NCBI RefSeq assembly: GCF_000372725.1 | Contig: NW_005201791.1 | Coordinates: 341,177-361,176 of the forward strand | Reading direction: 5' to 3' | DNA from: Emiliania huxleyi CCMP1516 | Lineage: Eukaryota | Length of the DNA stretch: 20,000 nt | Shown here: piece by piece, positions 19,764 to 20,000 of the stretch | How positions within the stretch are numbered: position 1 is the first letter of the stretch | Layout: each line of letters starts with the position of its first letter | Position numbers and translations under genes: made by a program | Notes under the pieces: model-generated | What the model was told of the DNA's origin: nothing | Databases searched by the model: none | The model's input: only the letters and a program-made list of their open reading frames with translations

Positions 19764-20000
19764 GTGGGGCCACGCAGTCCTCGCCTCACCCCCCCTTCCC
19801 CACTCCCCCTCCTCCCCCTCCTCCTATTACTCACACTTTCATCCTCACACTCCGCCTCCCTCTCTCCCCGTCCCTCTTTCCCCCTCCCTCTCTCCCCCTC
19901 CCTCTCCCCGCTCCTCACACTCCCCCTCCCTCCCCCTCCTCACACTCTCCGGCCTCTCTCCCCCTCCTCACACTCCCCCTCCCTCTCTCTCCCCTCCCCC
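19515..20000. repeat. C/T-rich low-complexity intronic repeats (CCCTCA/CCCTAC hexamers; ctcctcacactcc units) in UBC13 introns
   Basis: Directly visible at 19515-19645 and 19785-20000. Confidence 0.85.

Overview
High-GC eukaryotic genomic DNA with many introns, frequent GC-AG splice sites, intronic 10/11-bp tandem arrays with a (C)GAGAT core, and a 100-N scaffold gap at 9468-9567. These traits fit a haptophyte such as Emiliania/Gephyrocapsa huxleyi (inference). Most listed ORFs are GC-rich noise, so the gene models below were hand-spliced. From left to right: a multi-exon sulfotransferase (-), a GT11/fucosyltransferase-like protein (-), a degenerate Pro-rich remnant, an FkbM-type methyltransferase (+), an orphan acidic/basic protein (+), a hairpin-rich transposon-like end, a Cys-rich HSL-type esterase cut off at the gap (-), a YqiA-type esterase (-) head-to-head with a DUF1995 protein (+), a small membrane protein ending in KKKK (-), and a long coiled-coil protein (-) head-to-head with UBC13 (+, partial). 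Three signals stand out. (1) Three putative glycan-tailoring enzymes sit side by side. (2) Several introns consist of a duplicated piece of the neighbouring exon plus a 10/11-bp repeat array, which suggests duplication-driven intron birth or remodelling. (3) Two introns are best explained by non-canonical GA donors.
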